DNA from: Pseudomonadota bacterium | GTDB lineage: Bacteria > Bdellovibrionota_B > Oligoflexia > Silvanigrellales > Silvanigrellaceae | DNA length: 64,000 nt | Assembly (NCBI GenBank): GCA_039799905.1 | Contig: JBDLRP010000048.1 | Coordinates: forward strand, 10,024-74,023 | Direction of reading: 5' to 3' | Part shown: positions 48,820 through 58,200 of the stretch, piece by piece | How positions within the stretch are numbered: position 1 is the stretch's first letter | Layout: every line of letters begins with the position of its first letter | The notes under the pieces: generated by a model | What the model saw: only the letters and a program-made list of their open reading frames with translations | Database searches by the model: none | What the model was told of the DNA's origin: nothing | Made by a program: the position numbers and the translations under genes

Positions 48820-50422
48820 CGAGTTCAACCTCCGTTTTTTCAACTGTATAGCGACCCAGACAATCCATGACAATTCGGTTGGAGATGCAAGAACGGAGCT
48901 CCATCAAATGATGCAACTCACCGCGCTCGGCCATGTGACGGGCAATAGAATCGACGCTCGACAAAACAGCAGGAGATTGCCGACTGAGCGGATACGCAAA
49001 AAGATATGCATCAAGACAACGGACTGCGAGGGTCAGACGACCGGTATTGACCGCGCTCTCGGCAAGTCCAAGCCACGTCAACTGTCCTGTGCGCGGAGTC
49101 AGTTCGATCAATCGGATATCTTTGGGACACAGTTCCAGCAGACCGAGTCCGGTTTGCTTCATGCCGAACTTCATCGTCAGAGCAAGAACATCGGCAAAAT
49201 ACTGTTCCGAAAAATGGACAATCTTATTTCTGAGAGGATGTAACGGTTCGTTGTTCAAAAGAGTAAAACCGCGATGAATCGCCAGACCAGCCGGATACGG
49301 ATTGTCGGGATTGATTCCGGCCTCCGATGCGGCACGATCAATGAGAACACCGACGTCACTTTCAGCCATCAATGCCTCATACCGCTTTTCCTCGTTCAGA
49401 AAAATAAAACCCGGCGGCCGGCCCCGCGATAATTTTATCAGCGCAGTCAAAAGAGCACCAATGACAAAAGCCATCAGATGCGCACCGTGTGCCACGCCTC
49501 CGCCAAGAGGATCCCTCAGTGAGCCTATAAACCCGTGCAGGTCGGATGCAACAGTCAGGAATGGAAGCATGTACTTGACGGGTATCTTGAACACGGCCCA
49601 GCGGAATGGAATCCAACACAAAACATTCATTCGGTTTTCGGAGAACATAGCGTAGTACATTCCCGCAACTGCGGACACGATGGCAGATCCACCCAAAAGG
49701 ATCACCTCACGCTGGAGGTTGATCGCATCAAAGAGCATTCCGGCCGAGCCGGCCAGTGCTGCGATGAGGATGTACCACCACGGCGCAAGAGCACTTTCGA
49801 CGGCAATTCCAACCAATATAAAGACCAGCGTATTACCCCAAAAATGAGAGAGTGATCCATGTCTAAAATGTGCATCCGAAACAGACTGGATGGTGATGTT
49901 TTCACGTGTGAGCCGATGACTTTCCGATTGCCAAGCTCTGATTTTTTCAAGTACGTATTGGTCTGCGGATGATAACGCCGCGAAAGCGGAATATCCGCTG
50001 AACGAAAGGTAGCCGTTGGCGGATTCATGTGTAAATTTTTCGATGCGTTTCAACTCATCTCTGCACCTTGCCGCCATACACCTCGATAAAGTTTTGATTC
50101 GCTCGCTGGTCTCTGAAAACAATTTTTCTTCCTGTGCATCTCCCGGATCGAAGCGATGCATCAGCATGAGCCCCCAAGCGGTCGACCACTCCTGCTCACA
50201 TTGCTGAGCCTGAATTTTTTCAGCGGCACAGGCCTCGCGGTACAACGCTCCCGCCTTGCCGCGGTAGTCGGAGTATGTCCAGGCAGCTCGGGTTACATCA
50301 CCCATCTGCTGTGAAATGTTTTCACCAAAAACAAACAAAAGAAGCCAAGCCACGGCAATCGACAGCGTGATGAGCGGAAATCTGGGTAGTCTGTGTCCGA
50401 TTCCGTAAGGTACGATCAGCAT
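48809..50422 (-). CDS. Rhomboid family intramembrane serine protease with C-terminal helical domain
   Basis: F.HGSLSHFWGN, GGSA (catalytic Ser), VAHGAHL (catalytic His). Confidence 0.85.
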   Translation of the reverse strand: MLIVPYGIGHRLPRFPLITLSIAVAWLLLFVFGENISQQMGDVTRAAWTYSDYRGKAGALYREACAAEKIQAQQCEQEWSTAWGLMLMHRFDPGDAQEEKLFSETSERIKTLSRCMAARCRDELKRIEKFTHESANGYLSFSGYSAFAALSSADQYVLEKIRAWQSESHRLTRENITIQSVSDAHFRHGSLSHFWGNTLVFILVGIAVESALAPWWYILIAALAGSAGMLFDAINLQREVILLGGSAIVSAVAGMYYAMFSENRMNVLCWIPFRWAVFKIPVKYMLPFLTVASDLHGFIGSLRDPLGGGVAHGAHLMAFVIGALLTALIKLSRGRPPGFIFLNEEKRYEALMAESDVGVLIDRAASEAGINPDNPYPAGLAIHRGFTLLNNEPLHPLRNKIVHFSEQYFADVLALTMKFGMKQTGLGLLELCPKDIRLIELTPRTGQLTWLGLAESAVNTGRLTLAVRCLDAYLFAYPLSRQSPAVLSSVDSIARHMAERGELHHLMELRSCISNRIVMDCLGRYTVEKTEVELDAG

Positions 50423-50462
50423 CCCTGTCCCTCAATCGCTCAGTTCTTACCGTCCCAAAAAA

Positions 50463-52430
50463 TCAGTGATACAGGACTGTCCCACCCTTGAGTTCGCGTT
50501 TCTTTTTGCCCGAAGCCTGCCAATGCACCTTCAAGTTAGCCTTTCCCGCCTTGTGCAGATACTCGAGCGAAATCTTCTGATATCCCTCGCTCAAATCAAC
50601 ATCAGCCGACTTCACTTTATTTTTCGATGCAGTTACAACTGTCGTGTTGTTGATCATAAGACGCGCCTCGTTGTCAGATTTGACAAAAAACTTATAGCGG
50701 CCCGACTTCGGCACCCTGACATAACCCTGATAATTTAAAGCAAAATCATCTTTCCTGTCGGCAACCGAAGTTTTAAAAGTCACCGCTGTTCCTGACTTTT
50801 TGGGATTCAGTGTTGAGAGGTCGGGAAGTGACTGCCAGACACCCTCAAAGTATTGCCACACCAGTCCGTTATCGTAAATTTTGACCGCAGGCGGCTGTGG
50901 CTGAGCGGACTTCATTTCATTCATTGATTTAAGTGCATTGATGCGCCCACCTGCTGCAACAAGCCCCGACAGTGCTGCAAACGAATCGCTTCCCGCGAAG
51001 ATTGCGCTGCGCAGCTGACTCACCGTTCTCTGCGGAACAGCATTCCACAACAGCGCCGCGACACCAGCGACATGCGGCGTCGCCATCGAGGTTCCGTTCA
51101 GACTCATGTATCTATTCCCAGGCATGGTCGAAACAATATTGCTCCCTGGCGCAGCCACATCCACACCATCGCCGCGGTTCGAAAAATAGCTCAGCACGTC
51201 GTAGTCGGTCGTGGCTGCGACTGAAAGAACATTTGTGAATGTCTTCGTGTAATAGGCGGGATAAAGAGCTTTCGGTTCGGAATCATTTCCTGCCGCCGCA
51301 ACAAACAACCGGCCCGCGTTCTGCGACGCCTTCACTGCTTCGGACATCAGCACGCTGCCCGCAATGCCGCCATAGCTATTTGAAAGGACCATCGCTCCAT
51401 TCGCAATTGCGTAAGCTGTTCCACGAAAGATGTCGAAGTCATTTGTAAACCCGCTGTTAGCGATGACCCGCACCGGCATCACGGACGCTGTCCAGTTGAC
51501 CCCAACGACACCGAGGCCATTGTTACCGCGCGCGGCAATCGTTCCCGCACAGTGCGTTCCGTGTCCGTGCGAATCCGCTGGGTCGGCGTCGTTGTTTACA
51601 AAGTCCCAGCCTTGGATATCGTCGACAAAGCCATTGTTGTCATCATCGATGCCGTTTCCCTGAACCTCACCTGGATTGCGCCAGATGTTGTCGCGCAGAT
51701 CTTCGTGTGTGGAATCGACTCCGGTATCCAATACGGCAATCACGATCTTGCCCGCAGAATTGAATTGCGGCCAAAGGCCCGTCACGTTGATTTTTTTCAA
51801 TCCCCAGAGGGACGGTAGAAGCGGATCCGAAGGCGCAGCAACATGCTTGTAGCGGACGTTGGGTTCCGCCAGCATGACACCCGGAAGCTTATGCAGGCGA
51901 TTGATTGCCAGAGCGACAGCCGTTGCGTCATCGGCCTTGATCTTTATGCGTGCGACGTCAAAAACAGACGCCGGCGCATCATCATGCCGATTGGGCATTT
52001 TCTTGAACATTGCCAGAGTCGCAGGGTCGAACCCAAACTCGTCGACAGACAGATCGCCGATGGCGACGACGTCGTTGACAACCGCAGAATCAGCCATCGT
52101 CCGGACGTCACCGCTGCGTCTTTTGACTGGCAAAGAGTTTTTCCAGTCTTCGCGCAGCAGCAGATTGACCTCAAATGGTTCGCCACCTTTGTACATCGAG
52201 CGCACGGCGTTGAGGTTGTCGGTAGAATAAATTGCGTCCAACGTGCTGTCATCGAGTCCCAGTTCATCCTCCACGCCTTCGGGAACCACCACGGTCGGCA
52301 CAGAGCCTCCAGCGGAGCTGTTCTGCGGTTTCTCAGCCAACGCAGAGGGAGGCTGCGTCTTCTTAAGACAACCCAGCGGAGGCAATGATGCCAACAACGC
52401 ACATGTGATTACTGAGATCTTTCGAAGCAT
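50463..52430 (-). CDS. Lipoprotein S8 subtilase with C-terminal PA14 domain
   Basis: VLDTGVD, HGTHCAG, GTSMATP; NGLVWQYFEG...DDFALNYQGY.RVP..GRYKF..SD. Confidence 0.92.
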   Translation of the reverse strand: MLRKISVITCALLASLPPLGCLKKTQPPSALAEKPQNSSAGGSVPTVVVPEGVEDELGLDDSTLDAIYSTDNLNAVRSMYKGGEPFEVNLLLREDWKNSLPVKRRSGDVRTMADSAVVNDVVAIGDLSVDEFGFDPATLAMFKKMPNRHDDAPASVFDVARIKIKADDATAVALAINRLHKLPGVMLAEPNVRYKHVAAPSDPLLPSLWGLKKINVTGLWPQFNSAGKIVIAVLDTGVDSTHEDLRDNIWRNPGEVQGNGIDDDNNGFVDDIQGWDFVNNDADPADSHGHGTHCAGTIAARGNNGLGVVGVNWTASVMPVRVIANSGFTNDFDIFRGTAYAIANGAMVLSNSYGGIAGSVLMSEAVKASQNAGRLFVAAAGNDSEPKALYPAYYTKTFTNVLSVAATTDYDVLSYFSNRGDGVDVAAPGSNIVSTMPGNRYMSLNGTSMATPHVAGVAALLWNAVPQRTVSQLRSAIFAGSDSFAALSGLVAAGGRINALKSMNEMKSAQPQPPAVKIYDNGLVWQYFEGVWQSLPDLSTLNPKKSGTAVTFKTSVADRKDDFALNYQGYVRVPKSGRYKFFVKSDNEARLMINNTTVVTASKNKVKSADVDLSEGYQKISLEYLHKAGKANLKVHWQASGKKKRELKGGTVLYH

Positions 52431-52459
52431 TCGCGCCCCATTCTACGATAACGCGCTGG

Positions 52460-52487
52460 TATTCGGCAGATTCTTCCGCGAGTCTGA
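52460..52487 (-). promoter_or_regulatory. Sigma-28-like promoter for S8-PA14 protease
   Basis: TCAGA-N15-GCCGAATA. Confidence 0.45.
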
Positions 52488-52567
52488 GAGATTTTTATTT
52501 AATTCTTGATTTCTGAGGCAAACCCCCATAACGACTCAGGACTTCCGTCTCCCTTGGAGCATCTATT

Positions 52568-53257
52568 ATGCGCACCTGGGTCACTTTGGCTGTCACTACT
52601 CTGAGCGCTGCCTGTTCGCGGCCTGTCGACTCGACTACGCAGTCCCGAATTGCCGATACCGAACAATTCACCCAACAGCAGCTCCGCACCGGCGACATCA
52701 TTCTGGTTCCACTCAACTGCTATGTTTGCAATGCGATTGAGGCTGAAACGGGTGTCACATACTCGCACTCGGTGATTGTCGCCGAGACGAGTGAGGATTC
52801 TCGGCCCACGACTGTCTATGAAGCTTGGGGCTCGGTCAAAAAGACTCCGCTCTCAGAGATATCCGCGCGCAAGCAAAAGAACCAGTCGCTGTTTGTCGTG
52901 CGACCACGGCAGTTCATTCGCAGTGGATCTCCCTCTGCAGAGGAACTGCGCAAGGTGTTTGACGACGAATACAGCGGCTTGCCTTTCGATGATGAGTACC
53001 TGTGGACCAACACCGACGAGCAGGGACGCGAGAAACTTTACTGCTCAGAATTCGCGTTCAAATTCATCAATCGTTTTTTGCGCGAGCAATTAACGACTGC
53101 TCCCATGGATTTCTCTCGAAATTTTGAATTTTGGATCAAGTACTACGCGCAATTTGGGATGAAGCCCCCAAGTGGTGAGCCTGGAGCTTCGCCGGCAACC
53201 TTGTTCAACAGCACATTGGTCAAAAAAATCGGTGAACTTACAACGCCTGCACAATGA
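52568..53257 (+). CDS. Permuted papain-like NlpC/P60 (YiiX/YebB family) lipoprotein
   Basis: Lipobox SAAC; GDII, YSHS, EA, G.PFD, LYCSEF (His before Cys). Confidence 0.85.
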   Translation: MRTWVTLAVTTLSAACSRPVDSTTQSRIADTEQFTQQQLRTGDIILVPLNCYVCNAIEAETGVTYSHSVIVAETSEDSRPTTVYEAWGSVKKTPLSEISARKQKNQSLFVVRPRQFIRSGSPSAEELRKVFDDEYSGLPFDDEYLWTNTDEQGREKLYCSEFAFKFINRFLREQLTTAPMDFSRNFEFWIKYYAQFGMKPPSGEPGASPATLFNSTLVKKIGELTTPAQ

Positions 53258-53274
53258 CCAGAGGTGATCGATAG

Positions 53275-54540
53275 ATGAGCCAGTACGTGGGAATCTTGGG
53301 CATACTTTTTATGTTTGCTGTCGCATGGCTGGTCAGCGAGAACCGTAAAGCTGTTCCGTGGAAAACAGTGCTCATCGCGACCCTGATGCAAGTCTTCTTG
53401 GGCCTGCTCATTGCCGGACTCCCCGCACTCGGAATCAAAGGTCCACTGAGCGGCTTTTTTTCTGCTGCGAATGACGCAATCATTGCGACCCTCTCATTTG
53501 TCGACAAAGGTTCTGGCTTCGTTTTTGGTCCGCTCACCCAACCAGAAAAGATTGGCGACTACATCATCGCATTCAAAGTTCTGCCGTCGATCATCTTCTT
53601 CGCCTCACTTATGGCGGTTTTGTACCACTTCGGAATCATGCAGAAGATTGTCAATGCGATGGCTTGGGTCATGCGACGGTTTCTTGGGATTTCCGGAGCC
53701 GAGTCGCTGTCGACGGCAGGAAATATTTTTCTCGGCCAGACGGAAGCACCGCTGCTCGTCAAACCTTACGTCAACTCGATGAGCCGCAGTGAAATTATGT
53801 GCGTCATGGTGGGAGGTTTCGCCAACGTCGCGGGTGGAGTTCTGGCTGCCTACGTCGGCATGCTCGCAGGAATGATTCCCGACATTGCGGGACACCTGCT
53901 CACCGTAAGCGTGATGTCGGCGCCAGCCACAATTGTCTTCGCAAAAATCATGGTTCCCGAAACTGAAAATCGCACGTCCGTCGCTGACGTTTCGCTCAAT
54001 GACAAGTCGATTTATACAAACGGCATCGATGCTGCTGCTCACGGAGCTCTCGAGGGCACACAACTTGCAATTACGGTCGGCGGCATGCTGATCGCATTCA
54101 TCGCATTGGTTGCCTTGGGCAACGGCGCACTCGGCTGGTTGAGCGATACCGTCGGTTTATCTGCACGAATGGGCGAGCGTCTGAGTCTGGAACTTCTTCT
54201 TGGCTGGATCTTCTCGCCGTTCGCATGGCTGCTGGGAGTGTCGTCCGATCACATTCAATTTGCCGGACAGTTGCTCGGGAAAAAGCTCATTCTGAACGAA
54301 TTCGTTGCGTATCTGGATCTCGCCAAAAACGGCGCGGATATGGACAAGCGTTCCGCACTCATCATGTCGTATGCATTGTGCGGATTCGCAAATTTCGGAT
54401 CGATAGCAATCCAGATTGGCGGCATCGGCGGTATCGCCCCCAGCAAAAAAAGCGAACTCGCTGCACTCGGACTCAAGGCAATGTTCGCCGGAATGTTCGC
54501 GTCTGCGATGTGTGGCGCAGTCATGGGACTACTTATCTGA
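53275..54540 (+). CDS. nupC: CNT family Na+/H+-nucleoside cotransporter
   Basis: SENRKAV, GSGFVFG, VLPSIIFF, NIFLGQTEAP, NEFVAY, YALCGFANFGSIAIQIGG. Confidence 0.95.
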   Translation: MSQYVGILGILFMFAVAWLVSENRKAVPWKTVLIATLMQVFLGLLIAGLPALGIKGPLSGFFSAANDAIIATLSFVDKGSGFVFGPLTQPEKIGDYIIAFKVLPSIIFFASLMAVLYHFGIMQKIVNAMAWVMRRFLGISGAESLSTAGNIFLGQTEAPLLVKPYVNSMSRSEIMCVMVGGFANVAGGVLAAYVGMLAGMIPDIAGHLLTVSVMSAPATIVFAKIMVPETENRTSVADVSLNDKSIYTNGIDAAAHGALEGTQLAITVGGMLIAFIALVALGNGALGWLSDTVGLSARMGERLSLELLLGWIFSPFAWLLGVSSDHIQFAGQLLGKKLILNEFVAYLDLAKNGADMDKRSALIMSYALCGFANFGSIAIQIGGIGGIAPSKKSELAALGLKAMFAGMFASAMCGAVMGLLI

Positions 54541-54557
54541 GCTCGCAGCCAGGCCGC

Positions 54558-54962
54558 TCAAAGTCTTGTCAGTTGAAAACTTCCCTTGCCGCAATTGACG
54601 GTGACCGTGTTGGTCAACACCGCAAAAGAACAGCGGTGAGTGCCTTTCGTCAGACATCCTTCAGGACCGTCGCTCTCTAGAACCTGCAGATTCGCAATTC
54701 CCGACTTAGCGAGGTTGGGCGGAAATAAGAATCGACTCCGGCAAGCAACAGATGTCCCAGAGCAATCAGGACCAAAAGTCAAAGTGTCTTCAGTGGGTGC
54801 CGACGTCTTCCACGATCCAACGATCGGGGAATCGAGGCAGGCATCCTTGCCGAAGGGTGCCGGCTGCTCTTCCAAGAGTGGTTTTGAAACGCATGAAATG
54901 TAAACCGGAAAAAATATAACCGAACACGCAAGAGCCCCGAGCAGCTGTTTAAGCCGAGCCAT
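54558..54962 (-). CDS. Small Cys-rich hypothetical lipoprotein
   Basis: Signal ending ISC; IVGSW; multiple Cys. Confidence 0.65.
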   Translation of the reverse strand: MARLKQLLGALACSVIFFPVYISCVSKPLLEEQPAPFGKDACLDSPIVGSWKTSAPTEDTLTFGPDCSGTSVACRSRFLFPPNLAKSGIANLQVLESDGPEGCLTKGTHRCSFAVLTNTVTVNCGKGSFQLTRL

Positions 54963-55145
54963 GATACCCCCAAAAAATTTAAATTTCTTTTCAGGAGGTT
55001 AAATCAAATAAATCGAATCTTCCAGGGCCCGGAGCAGCCAAATAGACAGGACCTCGGAAAGCGTGGTCTCCCATCGATTAACTCAATTATATACCTGAAA
55101 TTATCACGGGTTTTTCAAGATCCTAAAACACATAGAATTTAACCC

Positions 55146-55173
55146 TCAAGCTTTCGCGCCGTCCGGCCGACCA
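55146..55173 (+). promoter_or_regulatory. Sigma-28-like promoter for the giant lipoprotein operon
   Basis: TCAAG-N15-GCCGACCA; AGGAG SD before ATG 55211. Confidence 0.55.
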
Positions 55174-55210
55174 TGCTCCTCAGACCATCTCGATCATCGA
55201 AGGAGACGTT

Positions 55211-58200
55211 ATGATGCGCTCAACTTTCCGCCGACTGACCCAGGTTCCTGTAGCTCTCACTGTTTTGGGTGTTGTCGGTTCAGGCTGTGGATTGCGCGAA
55301 ACCCGCTCCAGCTCGGCAACGTCTCTACTCGGTCAGGTCCAAAAGGCGAGCAACGCGGGCGCTGTGACTGCAACTCCGAAGGTGAGTGTTCAGCTAGATG
55401 AAATCCGCAAGCAATTGCGTGATGCCACCGAGTTTTGGAAGTTGAGTTTGGCTCAGGAATCTAAAGAGCGTAAAGAAGCAGACGAGTCGATACGTGCCGA
55501 TGTTCTCTCACTGAGCGAAAAACTCGAAGCACTGAGAACAAAGCTCGACTCAGAAATCAACCGCCTCGACAAAACTCTGCGTGAAGAATTCGACGGCAAG
55601 CTCAAGAAACAAGAAACCGACCTCGTTGCTCTTATCAGCAACGAAACAAAGGCACGTGAAAGTGCCATCAGCACTGTAAATGAAAGTATTCGGCTGACTA
55701 GGGATGAGCTCGAGGGCAAGATCAGCACCTTGGACGCCGAGACAAAAGATGCGATCCTCAAGACGAATAAAGCACTCTCGGATGCAGAACAACGTGTGAG
55801 AGATCTACTTGGGGCAGAAAAGGAAAATTTACTCTCTGAAATGAAGGCGCTCGAAGGGAGAGCCTCAAAATCAACGGCAGAACTTCGTTCTGAAATCAAA
55901 GGAATCATCGACTCTAACGAGGCGTCGGCGCAGGCTAAATTTACTGATTTGCAAGGTCAGATGGTACTCGCGAAGCAGGCTTTGGAAGCGCAACGCGCCT
56001 CACTGACAGCACAGATCAACGAACTGGCGTTGAAAACTGACGCCACCAGTCTCGCCCTCAAAACCGAACTGGCCGCATCGAGCAAAACTCTGACAGAGCG
56101 CATCCACACGCTCGACCTCGTGACACAGTCACAACTGGCAGAAGTCAAAGCAGACCTCGAAGGCCAGACACTGAGCGTTAAGACTCACCTTGAGCAAAAA
56201 ATCATCAACAATGGTGAGGAACTTTCATACCTCATCAACCTGGCGAGTTCACAGGCGCAAGCCAATCTGACAAAGGCAATTGGCGAGCAAAACAGCCAGC
56301 TCGTTGCCGTCATGAATGAAGCGGACAATGCATTGCGCGCCGAGCTCTCCAAGAAGATTTCTGAAGAGAGTGAGTCTCAGGCAGCGGCACTTCAGGCCTT
56401 CAAGCGTGAAGTGGATGCGACCTACGCGAAACAAGTCGACCTCATCGCTCTCCAAGGTGTCGTCAATGGTCTCTCGAATGCCCTGAACATCCTCGACCAC
56501 AAGGTTGATGACAACGACAAGCGACTCACCGAATCTGTTAAGAAGCTGCGCTGGGAACTGGTGGAAAAGATTGATGGCGTTCAGGCAAATGTGCAATCGC
56601 TTCGCGGCGATTTCACCGCGCACGTGAAAACATACGACGCCAAGGTTGCCGAACTCGCCGCCGAGACCAGACGGGCAGCACGTCAACTTCGCAAAGAGAT
56701 GGCCTCGGCTGCTGTGCACAGCGAAGCCGAGCGCGCAAAACTTCAGGCAAGCATAGAGACTCTGACAGTGAAGCTGACCAACACAGAAGACTTCGCGATT
56801 AAAACACGCGACGCTCTGACCGGAAAAATTGTCGAGCTTGAACGCCGCGACTCCGAACTGAGCAACGACGTGCGCGATGCACGCAACGCGGCAACCGCGG
56901 ATCTCAGCGCGGCAATTGCGAAGGAGCAACAGGCACGCCAAGCGATTGCAGATGACGTCAAGAAATTGCAAGCCGAGGTTGAACGTGTCAGCCAGGTTGC
57001 CGGTCAGGCGTTGGCACTTTCGAAGGCCAACGAACTTGCAATTGCAGGTGTACAAACCGACCTTAAGGAAGCTGAGCAACGCTGGAAGACCGAGTTGGCA
57101 ACTCTTCGCGGCGACATGGAAAAAGAAATGGGCGACCTGCGCGCCCAGTCGCAGCTTATTATGCGCGGACTTGGTCTGAGCGCCCAGAGCCAATTCGCCG
57201 AAACTGCAACTCAGCTCGCCGACCTGAAAGGAAAAGTTGCGGGTCTGTTGTCGGAAATGGGTCGCGCACTCGAGAAGGGAATCAAACTCTCCTCCGACCC
57301 GGTCATCAAAGACGGTTCCGCAGACAGAGCCGCTGCCTTTGTTAAAAAGGTTTCGCGTGACTTGTCTCAGACGGTCGGCGGAAAAACAATCACCCTGCAG
57401 GACCTTGCGGCCCAGCGGATCGACGAATTGTCGAAAGTGCTTGGACGTGTCGAGACCGAATTCCTCCTCGCAATCGACTATGCAGAAGTGCTCTTGGATG
57501 CTCAAAAGACTGCCGACCTGCGTGCATTGAATGATTCCTTCATCAAGGATGTAGTCAACCTCAAGAACAGCTCCAACGTGCAGGTCTGTGCAGGCGGCAA
57601 CGCCGGTCAAATTGAAAGCGGAATTCCTGTCCTGATGGCGTCTGTCAACAACGAAGAATTTTGGGCGCACCTGGCCAGAACTTATTCTCAGCTGTTGCTC
57701 TCCGGCAGCCGCACAGGCGACGTCGAACTTGATAAAATTTTCCATGGAACTGCTGCACTTGCCGACGGACAAAGCTTCCAGTCAGCTCTTGCAATGTCGT
57801 CGGCACAATCGATGGCAGCCGGCGCTGGCGGAGAGTGTATCAGCCGGGTGAACGACTGGGCGAAGTCCGTGTTGTTCGGATCTGGAGAAGTTTCCGTCCG
57901 CCTGCGTAATGCTCTTGCTTCACGACAAGGCCTCGCACGTTTGCTGACATCGGGTTCACTTGAAGCTGCTTACAAAGGCCTGGAAAGCCCCGCCGTCAGC
58001 ATCGAAGCAATCGCCAAATCAACTCTGCTGCCCGCATTCGGCGGCGACGAGGCGAAGGTCGTTTCGTATATGCGCAGCGGAAACGTGGCGACAAAGGACC
58101 CAGGCTTCTTTGCAAGCGCTTCGCAGATTATTCATGAATACACGACAACACTTGGCCAACGGAACGCCGTTGAGCAGAACCTTGCAGGTCTGACCGAAGT

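Noticed and set aside
54965..55140. AT-rich intergenic stretch as an sRNA or replication origin
   Set aside because: No DnaA-box cluster or stable structure recognised; explained as a divergent promoter region
56249..57772. 507-aa minus-strand ORF
   Set aside because: Antisense shadow of the giant lipoprotein; no recognisable motifs
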